DNA of 64,000 bases from an uncultured Bacteroidales bacterium (GCA_903885595.1 CAISJJ010000044.1:4325-68324), one strand, 5' to 3'; positions 17,838-27,611 are shown, counted from the first letter of the stretch. Program-made: numbers and translations. The notes: generated by a model from the sequence alone, not told the origin.

Positions 17838-20207
17838 CTACATTGAATGATTACTGGTTTTTCGTTCCCATATTCCAACTGGCACCACGAACCCAACCGT
17901 TATGCCCCATCCCGGGTTATAAACTCCCACCTCTTTCAAACGGCTAAGGTGATCAAAGTAACTGGTGTTTGTGAGGTTGCTGCCTGAGATAAAAAAAGTG
18001 CATACTTGCCTGGCAATTCGCAACCGTGTTCCGGCCGAGGCGTCGAGGAGGAAATAGCCGGGTGTATTGGTTTCAAAAGTATCGGTTCGATCCTGGGCAG
18101 CGTGAATTTGTCCCCCAATTTCGATATAAGGTCCTTTCAGCCTGCTTTTATTCCCGGTTTCGAATGTCCATCGTAGTTTGTGAACAGAATGAAGAGCGGG
18201 GATGAAGGGGAGGGGCGTTCCTGTTGATTCATTGGTGCCAAGTACAAAGTCGACACTGTTTTCAAAGTGAAGCTGCTCCAGCGGGTGGAAATCAATCTCA
18301 AGCTCAAACCCCTTCAGGGAGGAATTTCCCTGGACAAAGCGATATACCTGGTACGTATTTCCATCTTTTTCAAAGGTTTCTCCGTCGATGTTGCGCTGAT
18401 AAATGTAATTGAAAATATAATTATAATAACCACTGAAGATGATGCTCATCCAATCCCAGCTGGCCGAAATCTCGCCATCGGCCTGGAGGCTGTTTTCGGG
18501 CTTCAGGTAGGGATTCCCAACTTCATAGCGGAAAGTACCGGGATGAATACCGTTGGACCCCAGCTCAGCAATGTTGGGAGCGCGGAAACCGGATCCGAGA
18601 TTAAACTTGAGGTTAAATATCTTTGAAGCGGCGAATGTGAATCCCGTTGAACCGCTTACAGCACCGAATGAGTTATTGAATCCCGGGAAAATCGTATCTC
18701 CTGAAGGAGCGGGGATCCCCAGACTGTCGAGGTAGAGGGATTTGCCATCAATCCAGCGATGGTCATAACGTGCGCCGGCATTTAATGTCCATTTCTCCCA
18801 GGTTTTCTTGGCGTAAATAAATCCCCCGATGTTCTGCAGGTTGTAAGCCGGGACAAGGAACTCAACCCCCTTGTTGCTGTTCGATTGGGTCATTCCGGAT
18901 ATTCCTGCAACAAATTCGATTTCACCTTCAAACAGGTGAGTGAATTTCAAATCATAGGTGAATGTGTTGAGGTGCATAAACAGCGTTGGCTCTTTTGTGT
19001 TGTTCTCAAATTCCCTGCGGTTGTTTTCCTGGTATCCGAGGTTAACGCGCACCTGGCTGCTCCCCAGGATGAAGTTGGATACCGATGTGAGCTTATTATG
19101 GCTTACCCTTTGATAGGGCAATGCAGTTTGACGCCCCCTGGCCATGGATGCTGACACGATTTCACCGTTCGCATCGATGAACTGCCCGGTTGTGCTGTCC
19201 CTTTCACCTTCCACCATGCCAATATTTGCATCATACCTGCTAAAATGGAGGTGAGAGAAACCCCATTTTTTATTAATCCCGAGCATTGCGCTGTAATTCA
19301 GTTCATTAAATCCTGAATTATATACATATTCGGGCGGAGATTTGTAGGATGCTGCATTTTTATAGCTCCCACGCGCCCGCCATATGATCCCATTGTGGTT
19401 TCCCTCCAGCATCAGGGTACTGTTCGTCATCATATTGTTGGTGGCAAATTGGGTGGCAGCCTCTCCCCTGATGGTGTTCATCGGGGCATGCACCGGTTCA
19501 AGGATGTTGATCACGCCGCCCATGGCATCGGATCCGTAAAACAGACTTGCAGGCCCTTTCAGGATTTCGATCCGGTCGGCCGAATACTGATCGATTTCGA
19601 TGCCATGTTCATTGCCCCATTGCTGTCCCTCCTGCCGCACCCCCTCATTAAGTGTAATCACATGATTGTAACTGAGTCCGCGAATGACGGGTTTTGAAAC
19701 ATCACCCCCTGTAGTGATCTCCGAAACACCTGGCACCGCCGATATTGCATCGATGATGTTGGTCGAAGGAGTGGTGAACAACTGGGTTTTTCCGATCGGA
19801 GTGATGGAATTGCTGCTGCGGCTGTTGTCGGTTGAAATACCGCTTCCGGTGATGACCACTTCCTGGGCTTCAATAGCCTTTTCATAAAGCTGGAAATTCA
19901 TGACTGATACTTGTTTCAGGTCAGCCATGGCTGATTTGCCGCCATAACCTATAAAACTGGCCTGAATAAGCAGGGAACTCTTCGGCAGGTTGGTAAACTT
20001 GTAAGTGCCATCCTTATCGGCCGAAACCCCCGTCTTCAGGTCAGGAATGTAAATTGTGGCGCCCGGCAAGGGCTCATTTGTCACCGCATCAGTGACCTTC
20101 CCGGTAAGGGTGGCTTGGGGAAATGCCAATGTTGAGATGAATGACAGGATAAGAACCAGGACTGTATTTATTTTTATTTGATATGTCATAAAGACTGAAG
20201 TGTTCAT
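17838..20207 (-). CDS. TonB-dependent receptor with carboxypeptidase-regulatory-like domain
   Basis: CarbopepD_reg block is TLTGKVTDAVTNEPLPGATIYIPD. Plug motifs are QEVVITG and IEILKGPASLFYGSDAMGGVINI. An alternative ATG lies at 20189. Confidence 0.85.
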   Translation of the reverse strand: MNTSVFMTYQIKINTVLVLILSFISTLAFPQATLTGKVTDAVTNEPLPGATIYIPDLKTGVSADKDGTYKFTNLPKSSLLIQASFIGYGGKSAMADLKQVSVMNFQLYEKAIEAQEVVITGSGISTDNSRSSNSITPIGKTQLFTTPSTNIIDAISAVPGVSEITTGGDVSKPVIRGLSYNHVITLNEGVRQEGQQWGNEHGIEIDQYSADRIEILKGPASLFYGSDAMGGVINILEPVHAPMNTIRGEAATQFATNNMMTNSTLMLEGNHNGIIWRARGSYKNAASYKSPPEYVYNSGFNELNYSAMLGINKKWGFSHLHFSRYDANIGMVEGERDSTTGQFIDANGEIVSASMARGRQTALPYQRVSHNKLTSVSNFILGSSQVRVNLGYQENNRREFENNTKEPTLFMHLNTFTYDLKFTHLFEGEIEFVAGISGMTQSNSNKGVEFLVPAYNLQNIGGFIYAKKTWEKWTLNAGARYDHRWIDGKSLYLDSLGIPAPSGDTIFPGFNNSFGAVSGSTGFTFAASKIFNLKFNLGSGFRAPNIAELGSNGIHPGTFRYEVGNPYLKPENSLQADGEISASWDWMSIIFSGYYNYIFNYIYQRNIDGETFEKDGNTYQVYRFVQGNSSLKGFELEIDFHPLEQLHFENSVDFVLGTNESTGTPLPFIPALHSVHKLRWTFETGNKSRLKGPYIEIGGQIHAAQDRTDTFETNTPGYFLLDASAGTRLRIARQVCTFFISGSNLTNTSYFDHLSRLKEVGVYNPGWGITVGFVVPVGIWERKTSNHSM

Positions 20208-20413
20208 TAAATAAGTTGACAGGATAAGAGTTGCATTTGTGTTACCAGGGCATGCCAGGGAGTCACCAGGATCTGCCGGGAAAACATCAGGCTAGTTTCT
20301 GAATGGGTGAAATAACAGAAAATGGATATCCGAAAAATCCTTTATTGATTATTCATGATTTCTTTTCAGGCTTTGGTGTAATATGCCCAGGAAGATGAAT
20401 TGTATGAAAAGTA

Positions 20414-20728
20414 TCAAACTGCCGGAGGCGCCCGCAGATTAGCAAAACGGACCTCAGCAAAGGATGGACAAGTATGTTGTAAAATTGGGAAGGCGGATTT
20501 TACCGGAGGAAGTGATGCCAGGAAAACCGGTTCAGGAGATGTGTAAACCTGTGCTTCGATCTGCAGTATCTTGCAATGGACATGCAGTGTACTAAAAACC
20601 GGATAAGCCCCTGGAATGCAATGCGTATCCTCATGATCATGGAGGGTATGGATCAACGCAGCAGGTGTGATAATATAGCTGAAAATGGCTAAAATGGCCA
20701 GGGAAATATATCTGTTTGCTGTTACCAT
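20414..20728 (-). CDS. small single-TM, His/Cys-containing protein ending in ...NLRAPPAV
   Basis: ATG at 20728 (the track ORF starts at TTG 20737). A TATCTTTG -7 box lies at 20735-20742, immediately upstream. The TM is ISLAILAIFSYIITPAALI, followed by HTLHDHEDTHC. It is on the same strand as, and upstream of, the TonB receptor 17838-20207. Confidence 0.45.
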   Translation of the reverse strand: MVTANRYISLAILAIFSYIITPAALIHTLHDHEDTHCIPGAYPVFSTLHVHCKILQIEAQVYTSPEPVFLASLPPVKSAFPILQHTCPSFAEVRFANLRAPPAV

Positions 20729-20734
20729 GAAGTG

Positions 20735-20742
20735 CAAAGATA
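20735..20742 (-). promoter_or_regulatory. candidate -7 box TATCTTTG immediately upstream of small ORF 20414-20728
   Basis: Exact TAnnTTTG on the minus strand. Only 6 nt separate it from the ATG, which implies a leaderless or near-leaderless mRNA. Confidence 0.4.
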
Positions 20743-20805
20743 AAGCAATATCAGATATGCGGGGTGTTTGCTGTCTTTCTTGTGATCAATCAAAAAAAAT
20801 ATGAT

Positions 20806-20813
20806 TATCTTTG
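20806..20813 (+). promoter_or_regulatory. candidate orphan -7 box TATCTTTG facing the kinase operon
   Basis: Exact TAnnTTTG. The next plus-strand ORF is 365 nt downstream, and element copy B lies in between. Confidence 0.25.
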
Positions 20814-20993
20814 AACTCGTTTACAATAAGACCAAGTCGCAGGGAATCAGGCTCAAGCCAATGCATCAAAAATAATTCGGGATCTTGCCTGCATTCTCCT
20901 ACCCTTGGTCCAGCTTTTATTCAATCCTGAATTTTGCATTGAGTCTTAACGATAATTGTTTCATCTTTTATTAATTTTTTTTAATTGTTAAAT

Positions 20994-21052
20994 GGAATAA
21001 CAATAAATCAGCATTCACGGTGGGTACGAACGTTTTACTTATGGGTATTTCA
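20994..21052 (+). repeat. conserved ~58-nt intergenic element, copy B
   Basis: The sequence is ggaataacaataaatcagCATTCACGGTggGtAcGAACgTTtTaCTTATGGGTATTTCA. It is in the same orientation as copy A. Confidence 0.65.
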
Positions 21053-21177
21053 AGTTATGTTCTATTGGAAGAGATCCAGGAAATCAGATATTTCTGCAGA
21101 TCCCGGGAAAAATTCGGTGCGTGACGTTTGGATCGGGAAAGGATGGTTGACCAACTGAAAACACTACCAGCAGGAAA

Positions 21178-21375
21178 ATGAAAAAAAATAATAAAAAACC
21201 AGATTTGGCTCATTTCCGCCAGGAGGCTGAAAGGTTGATGAAAACAAGACCATTGAAAATGTCTTCATCATCTTCTGAAACTGACATGCTTAAAATCATA
21301 CACGAGCTCCATGTTCACAAGATTGAACTTGAAATGATGAATAAAGAGCTCATGCATGTAAATACAATACACTGA
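21178..21375 (+). CDS. 65-aa coiled-coil leader ORF carrying the HELxVHxIELEMxNxEL motif of PAS S-box kinases
   Basis: ATG start. Its stop overlaps the kinase ATG (TGATG). The motif IIHELHVHKIELEMMNKEL is normally the N-terminus of long PAS sensor kinases. Confidence 0.35.
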   Translation: MKKNNKKPDLAHFRQEAERLMKTRPLKMSSSSSETDMLKIIHELHVHKIELEMMNKELMHVNTIH

Positions 21376-24300
21376 TGGAGACTGCCAATGCTGACAACAA
21401 ACGGACTGAAAATGCGCTGAGAAAAAGCAATCAGAAATTGGAAGCGATTATTGCGGCCTCGCCAGATGGATTGGGTATGGCATCTCTTGATGGAAAACTT
21501 CAGCTGGTTTCCGAAAAACTAGCGGAAATGTACGGTTATACCATTGATGAAAAGGATGATTTTATTGGAAAATCTGTCTTTGATTTTGTTCATCCGTCAC
21601 AGCACAACATGCTGACAGACAATATCAGGTTAATGATTTCGGGTAAGTTATCACAAAAGAATTCAGAGTACCTGGCTGTAAAAAAGGATGGCAGCAGTTT
21701 TCTTACCGAATTGAACTCATCGATTCTGCTCGATAATAATGGAAAACCTGAGAGTATTATTTATGTCCAGCGCGACATCACTGAACGCAAACTGGCCGAG
21801 CACAATTTGCTTACAGCAAAGGTTAGTGCACAGGAAAGTGAAAAGAAGTTCAAGGAAATTATTCAGATGCAGTCGGAAGGGATAGGTTTTGTTGATCAAA
21901 ATGAAATTTTTGAATTTGCCAACCCTGCTGCCGCGATGTTGTTCGATGTTGCCCCCGATGGACTTACCGGAATCTCTTTATTTGATTTTTTATCTCCCCA
22001 CGAAATAGAAAAAACTAAACAGCAAACCGGAAAAAGACAATCTGGAATTTCGGAGTCCTATGAGCTGCACATCATCACAAAAAAAGGTAATGCCAAAGAT
22101 ATCCTTGTTAGTTCTTCTCCTAAATTCGACGAAAACAACAACTATCTGGGTGCATTCGGTGTCTTCAGAGACATAACCGAACGCAAGCTGGCTGAAATGA
22201 AACTGGCAAAAAGCGAAGAAAGATTCAGCCAGGTTGTTGGCCAAAGCCAGGGAGTTGTATGGGAAACTGATGCCACAGGTTTATATACCTATGTCAGTCC
22301 GCTTGCTGTGGTAATATATGGCTATGCCCCGGAGCAGATGATCGGTAAAATGCATTTTTATGACCTTTGCCCTCAAAATCAGCGTGAACAGTTGAGAAAA
22401 GGGGCCGATGAAGTTTTCAACCGCAGAGATGCTTTCAAGGATTTCATAAACACGATTATCAGATCAGATGGCTCTGAAGTTATTTTGTCGACCAACGGAC
22501 TTCCGGTACTTGATGAAAAAGGCGATTTGCTTGGTTATCGCGGCGTGGATGTTGACATAACCGATCGCATTCAAACGGAAAAAAAGCTCATAAATAGTGA
22601 ACTGGAGCTTAATGGTGCACAGGAAATTGCAAAAATGGGAAGTTGGGAACTCAATATGATCAGCGGTGAAACCATGCGGTCAAGAAGTTATCACCTGTTA
22701 CTTGGTCTGGATCCCGATGAAAAAGAAATCCCAAAGGATTACTTCAGGAAAATTGTCCATACTGATGATGTACATCTGCTGGATGAGAAGTTAGAAGAGA
22801 TGTATAAAACGCGAAAGCCCACAAGTTTTGATATGCGAATTATTGTCCCCGATGGCAGTATCAAATGGGTACAAAACAGTATTGTTCCTGTTTTTGACGG
22901 GGATGCCCTGGTCGGTTTAAAAGGCGTCAATATTGATATTACTGACAAAAAGCAAACTGAAAATGAAATACAGGAATTAAATAAAAACCTGGAGCTAAAA
23001 ATAAAAGAGCGCACAGCCCAGCTTTCGGTGATCAATGATAACCTTCAGAAGGAGATTGAAGAACGCAACAAAGCGGCTATCGAAAGGGAAGAGGCATTAA
23101 GCAGGCTTCAGAAAATTGCCAGCCGCTTGCCGGGTTTAGTATATCAGTACAGGCTGCACCCCGATGGCACCTCTTGTTTTCCCTATGCCAGCGAAGGTAT
23201 TGCTGACATTTGCAGGGTCACTCCCGAAGAAGTTGTGGAGGATGCTTCCATTTTATTTTCCAGGGTTCATCCAGACGATCTTGAAGGTGTTGTTGCTTCT
23301 ATTCAGACATCGGCGAAAGATCTGACACTATGGAGGCATGAATTCCGCATAAAGTTGGATGATGGTGTTGTGATTTGGTTGCTGGGCAATGCAATGCCCG
23401 AAAAGGAGGCTGACGGCTCAACGCTGTGGCACGGATTCATTTCTGACATCACCAGCTATAAGCAGGCAGATTACCTGGTAACACAAACCCGTCAAAATTA
23501 TGCAACCTTCTTTAATACTATCGATGATTTCCTTTTTGTTCTCGATGCATCGGGAAACATGATTCACATCAACACGACAGTGACAGAAAGACTCGAATAT
23601 GCATCATCAGAATTATTTGGAAAGTCAGTTCTTATGGTTCATCCGGGTGAACGCAGGGAAGAGGCTGGCCGTATTGTAGGTGAAATGCTGGCTGGTACAG
23701 CCGATTTTTGTCCTGTTCCGCTTATTACAAAATCGGGAAATTATATTCCGGTTGAAACAAGGGTCAAGGCTGGATTTTGGGATGGCGAACCTGCAATTTT
23801 TGGGGTAAGCAAAGACATATCCAAAATTAAATTGTCAGAAGAAAAGTTTTCAAAAGCATTCCAGTCAAATTCTGCACTCATGGCCATTTCAACCATTGAG
23901 GGCAGGTTTTTAGATGTTAATGATGCATTTCTGCATACACTGAACTTCTCCCGTCAGGAAGTTATTGGCAGCACCGTCGATGACCTCAACCTGATTTCCT
24001 TTTCTGATTTCATGGCCTTACTTGCGGAAAAAACGATACAGAACATCCCCGTGAGGGAAATTGAATTAGAGGTCAGGAGAAAGGATGGTTCCATCATCAT
24101 TGGGCTATTTTCGGCGGATAAAATCACCATTGGGAAAGATGAGTGCCTGCTGACCATGATGGTTGATATTACCGAACGCAAACGGGCAGAAACCGAACTC
24201 AGAAAAGCGAGAACAGAAGCGGAAAAGGCGAATCTTGCCAAGAGCGAATTCCTTTCACGTATGAGTCACGAATTACGGACTCCGATGAATTCAATTCTTG

Positions 24301-25361
24301 GCTTTGCTCAGTTGATGCAGATGGGAGAGCTTAGCCAGGCGCAGAAGAAAGGCGTAAACCATATCCTGACCAGCGGGACACACCTGTTAAATTTAATCAA
24401 TGAAGTACTGGACATTTCAAGAATTGAAGCGGGCAGGCTCACACTTTCATTGGAACCTGTTCAGGCAAGCAGTGTTATCTTGGAGATGATCGATGTTGTC
24501 CAGCCGCATGGAGCAAAGCGAAACCTCAAAATTGAAATGGAACAATCGCCTGCCTGCCAGCTTTTTATTAAAGCCGACCGTCAGCGGCTGAAACAAGTGT
24601 TGCTGAATTTAATCAACAATGCAGTAAAATATAACAAGGATGGGGGGTCTGTTTTAATTAAGGCTGAATTACGGAAGGACTTGACCCGGGCTATTAATAC
24701 ATTGAGGATCTCAGTGGCGGATACGGGCATTGGTATCGTACCTGACGATCTGAAAAAGCTCTTTCTCCCTTTTGAACGTATTGGCGCTGAAAAATCGGAA
24801 ACGGAAGGTACGGGGCTTGGGCTTACCGTTGTTAAAAAACTGATGGATGCGATGGGAGGCGTTACAGGTGTTGAAAGCATTCCTGGTGAAGGAAGTGTTT
24901 TCTGGATTGAACTGCCTGAGTCACAAAGCCAGAAAAAGCAACAAATCCGGGTTACAGATGACCCGGAAAATACATCAGCAACAGTTCCAAAATCGGGAGT
25001 CATCCTGTACATTGAAGATAATCTGCCAAATGCCGAACTGGTTGAAGACATCATTCAAAATCATCGTCCAGGCATCAGCCTGATAACTTCCCCTACAGGG
25101 AAATATGCGGTAATGGATGCCCTCAATTTCCGACCGGATTTGATATTGCTCGATCTCGATCTTCCCGATGTTCATGGCAGCAAGGTTCTTGCTGATTTGC
25201 AGGAAAATGCATCCACACGGCATATTCCTGTCGTTATCATCAGCGCCGATGCCATGCCTCAACAGGTTGCAAAGCTAATGACTGCCGGAGCCAGGGACTA
25301 TTTAACCAAACCGCTTGACATCATTGGATTTTTACAGATGGTGGATGAATATTTTGGTTGA
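21375..25361 (+). CDS. multi-PAS hybrid sensor histidine kinase with C-terminal receiver domain
   Basis: 1328 aa with repeated PAS blocks, each ending in DITERK-like sequence. H-box is SRMSHELRTPMNSILGF, N-box NLINNAVKYN, G-boxes DTGIGI and GTGLGLT. The receiver is ILYIEDN...LILLDLDLPD...TKP. Confidence 0.9.
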   Translation: METANADNKRTENALRKSNQKLEAIIAASPDGLGMASLDGKLQLVSEKLAEMYGYTIDEKDDFIGKSVFDFVHPSQHNMLTDNIRLMISGKLSQKNSEYLAVKKDGSSFLTELNSSILLDNNGKPESIIYVQRDITERKLAEHNLLTAKVSAQESEKKFKEIIQMQSEGIGFVDQNEIFEFANPAAAMLFDVAPDGLTGISLFDFLSPHEIEKTKQQTGKRQSGISESYELHIITKKGNAKDILVSSSPKFDENNNYLGAFGVFRDITERKLAEMKLAKSEERFSQVVGQSQGVVWETDATGLYTYVSPLAVVIYGYAPEQMIGKMHFYDLCPQNQREQLRKGADEVFNRRDAFKDFINTIIRSDGSEVILSTNGLPVLDEKGDLLGYRGVDVDITDRIQTEKKLINSELELNGAQEIAKMGSWELNMISGETMRSRSYHLLLGLDPDEKEIPKDYFRKIVHTDDVHLLDEKLEEMYKTRKPTSFDMRIIVPDGSIKWVQNSIVPVFDGDALVGLKGVNIDITDKKQTENEIQELNKNLELKIKERTAQLSVINDNLQKEIEERNKAAIEREEALSRLQKIASRLPGLVYQYRLHPDGTSCFPYASEGIADICRVTPEEVVEDASILFSRVHPDDLEGVVASIQTSAKDLTLWRHEFRIKLDDGVVIWLLGNAMPEKEADGSTLWHGFISDITSYKQADYLVTQTRQNYATFFNTIDDFLFVLDASGNMIHINTTVTERLEYASSELFGKSVLMVHPGERREEAGRIVGEMLAGTADFCPVPLITKSGNYIPVETRVKAGFWDGEPAIFGVSKDISKIKLSEEKFSKAFQSNSALMAISTIEGRFLDVNDAFLHTLNFSRQEVIGSTVDDLNLISFSDFMALLAEKTIQNIPVREIELEVRRKDGSIIIGLFSADKITIGKDECLLTMMVDITERKRAETELRKARTEAEKANLAKSEFLSRMSHELRTPMNSILGFAQLMQMGELSQAQKKGVNHILTSGTHLLNLINEVLDISRIEAGRLTLSLEPVQASSVILEMIDVVQPHGAKRNLKIEMEQSPACQLFIKADRQRLKQVLLNLINNAVKYNKDGGSVLIKAELRKDLTRAINTLRISVADTGIGIVPDDLKKLFLPFERIGAEKSETEGTGLGLTVVKKLMDAMGGVTGVESIPGEGSVFWIELPESQSQKKQQIRVTDDPENTSATVPKSGVILYIEDNLPNAELVEDIIQNHRPGISLITSPTGKYAVMDALNFRPDLILLDLDLPDVHGSKVLADLQENASTRHIPVVIISADAMPQQVAKLMTAGARDYLTKPLDIIGFLQMVDEYFG

Positions 25362-25403
25362 AGACACTGGGTTCTAGGGTATTTAAGCGTAAAAATTAAC
25401 ATC

Positions 25404-27044
25404 ATGATAGATTCAACTTGTAAAAATGCCAAAATTCTTATTGTCGATGATCAGCAAGCGAATATTGATATTCTTGCCGGATTACTCGATGCGCTTGGTT
25501 ATACGAATGTGAAAACCATTACTGATTCCCGGTTGTTGCTTAATCTGTTTAATTCATATGAACCAGATCTGATACTGCTCGATTTATTGATGCCTCACCT
25601 TTCGGGTTTTGATGTTATGGAACAGTTGAAAACTGTAATACCGGCTGGAACATATTTGCCTGTACTTGTGCTTACTGCCGATATGACGGTCGAGACCAAA
25701 AGGAGGGCATTGGCTGCCGGAGCAAAAGATTTTCTTGTTAAACCATTTGATCTGGTAGAAACCGGACTGCGTATTAAAATCCTGCTGGAAGCCCGCTACC
25801 TGCATCAGCAACTTGAAAATCAAAATCAAATACTTGAACAAAAGGTTCAACAAAGGACGATAGAGATCGACAAAAAAAATATTGAATTATTTGAAGCAAA
25901 GGAAAAGGCAGAAGCCAGCGACCGCCTGAAAACGGCTTTCATGCAAAATATATCACATGAAGTTCGCACCCCGCTGAATGGAATTATTGGTTTTGGATCT
26001 TTGCTTGCAGATCAGGACAATTCAGAGGAGGATAGAATTCAGTTTCTCTCTTTACTGAAAGCTTCGAGTAACCGGTTGGTAAATACAATTACCGATTATA
26101 TGGACATAGCCCTGCTGGTTTCGGGTTCGATGGAAGTAACTATAAAGGCTGTCAATTTGGTTAAGGTCCTGTCAGAAATTAACAGCAAATTTTCGACGTT
26201 GTGCAATATTAAAAACATAAACCTGAATATTTTACATCATCAGGATGGTGGTGAATTTGAAATACAGACTGATCCTGAATTAATACAAAAAGTAGTTTCC
26301 CATCTGGTTGACAATGCAATCAAGTTCACCCAAAATGGTTCAATTACCGTTGGTTATAGGGTTGATCCTGAAAAGATTGAAATTTATGTAAAAGATACGG
26401 GTATTGGAATAGAACAAGATTCCCGGGAAAGGATTTTTGAGAGTTTTATGCAAGAAAACGTTTCCAGCACCCGCGGACACGAAGGGAGTGGACTGGGGCT
26501 GTCTATCATCAAAGGAATGTTGAATTTACTTGGAGGAGAGATCCGGCTGGAGTCGGTAAAAGGAGAGGGTTCAACATTTTTCGTTTCCCTGCCTGTCGAA
26601 CCTGGAATTACGGATCATGCAGAATCATACAAATCGTTTACAAAAAAAGCATTGTCTGGACTCCCGGTGATTCTGATTGCCGATGATGAAAGTACACACC
26701 GGATCTATTTGGATTCATTTTTAAAAAAACACACCTCTTTGATTTTTCAGGCCCGGAACGGCAGGGAGGCTGTTGATTTATGTCGTGAACATCCTGAAAT
26801 ACAACTTGTAATGATGGACATTAAAATGCCTGTCCTTGGTGGGCTTGAGGCCACACGGGAGATCAAGTCATTCCGTAAAGATATACTAATCATTGCCTTC
26901 ACCGCGTATGCCATGAATAGTGACCGTAAGGCTGCACTCGATGCCGGTTGTGACGATTATATTGCAAAACCCACCGACAGTGACGGATTGTTGGACATTT
27001 TGAAAAAACACGGATTTGCGAATGATGCTTATCTGCCGGGATAG
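25404..27044 (+). CDS. hybrid histidine kinase (receiver - HisKA - HATPase - receiver)
   Basis: N-terminal receiver is ILIVDDQ...LILLDLLMP...VKP. H-box is ISHEVRTPLNGIIGF, followed by DTGIGI and GSGLGLSI. The second receiver is ILIADDE...VMMDIKMP...AKP. Confidence 0.85.
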   Translation: MIDSTCKNAKILIVDDQQANIDILAGLLDALGYTNVKTITDSRLLLNLFNSYEPDLILLDLLMPHLSGFDVMEQLKTVIPAGTYLPVLVLTADMTVETKRRALAAGAKDFLVKPFDLVETGLRIKILLEARYLHQQLENQNQILEQKVQQRTIEIDKKNIELFEAKEKAEASDRLKTAFMQNISHEVRTPLNGIIGFGSLLADQDNSEEDRIQFLSLLKASSNRLVNTITDYMDIALLVSGSMEVTIKAVNLVKVLSEINSKFSTLCNIKNINLNILHHQDGGEFEIQTDPELIQKVVSHLVDNAIKFTQNGSITVGYRVDPEKIEIYVKDTGIGIEQDSRERIFESFMQENVSSTRGHEGSGLGLSIIKGMLNLLGGEIRLESVKGEGSTFFVSLPVEPGITDHAESYKSFTKKALSGLPVILIADDESTHRIYLDSFLKKHTSLIFQARNGREAVDLCREHPEIQLVMMDIKMPVLGGLEATREIKSFRKDILIIAFTAYAMNSDRKAALDAGCDDYIAKPTDSDGLLDILKKHGFANDAYLPG

Positions 27045-27104
27045 CAGCAGCTCATATGAATGGTTGGCAATCAGCCGAATCTTCTGTTGATGTACAGCGT
27101 TATT

Positions 27105-27515
27105 TTACGAATAATTCAACTTAATATTTTGTTTTACATCCGGGTGTAAACTAAGCGCCACAGGGCAGGTTTTCACCACATATTCCAGGATTTTCTTTTC
27201 CTTTTCTGAATAATTCCCTGCCGGGAAAGTCAGCTCAACAATGATTTCTGCTATTCGACGGGGCGGTTCCTGTGTCATAACCTTGGTGATCATCAGTTTT
27301 GTTCCGTCGATATTGAAATTGTGCGTGCGTGCTGCAATTCCCATTACCGTGATCATACAACTGCCCAATGAAGTCGCCACAAGATCTGTCGGAGAAAAAT
27401 ACTCCCCACGGCCCTGGTTGTCAGTTGGCGCATCGGTAATAATTTTATTACCTGACTGAACGTGGGTTGCCTCCGTTCGGAGTTCACCAAGATAAATCGT
27501 CTCAACTGTTGTCAT
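27105..27515 (-). CDS. OsmC family peroxiredoxin-like protein
   Basis: 136 aa with the two-Cys OsmC/Ohr pattern (FSPTDLVATSLGSCM ... VKTCPV). Confidence 0.8.
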   Translation of the reverse strand: MTTVETIYLGELRTEATHVQSGNKIITDAPTDNQGRGEYFSPTDLVATSLGSCMITVMGIAARTHNFNIDGTKLMITKVMTQEPPRRIAEIIVELTFPAGNYSEKEKKILEYVVKTCPVALSLHPDVKQNIKLNYS

Positions 27516-27522
27516 AATAAGG

Positions 27523-27541
27523 AATTAAAAATTAAAAATTA
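27523..27541. repeat. 7-bp tandem array AATTAAA x ~2.7, abutting the OsmC-family gene start
   Basis: aattaaaaattaaaaattacg was read directly. It lies 8 nt upstream (gene orientation) of the ATG at 27515. Confidence 0.8.
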
Positions 27542-27570
27542 CGAGTCATGCAGCTAAAACCAGGTTTTGC

Positions 27571-27611
27571 ATTTTTCATTTTTCGTTTTTCATTTTGATT
27601 TTTGATTTTTA
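27571..27611. repeat. 7-bp periodic array ATTTTTC/ATTTTTG x ~6
   Basis: The sequence is atttttc atttttc gtttttc attttg atttttg attttta. It runs into the stop codon of the Memo-like gene (27609-27611). Confidence 0.8.
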
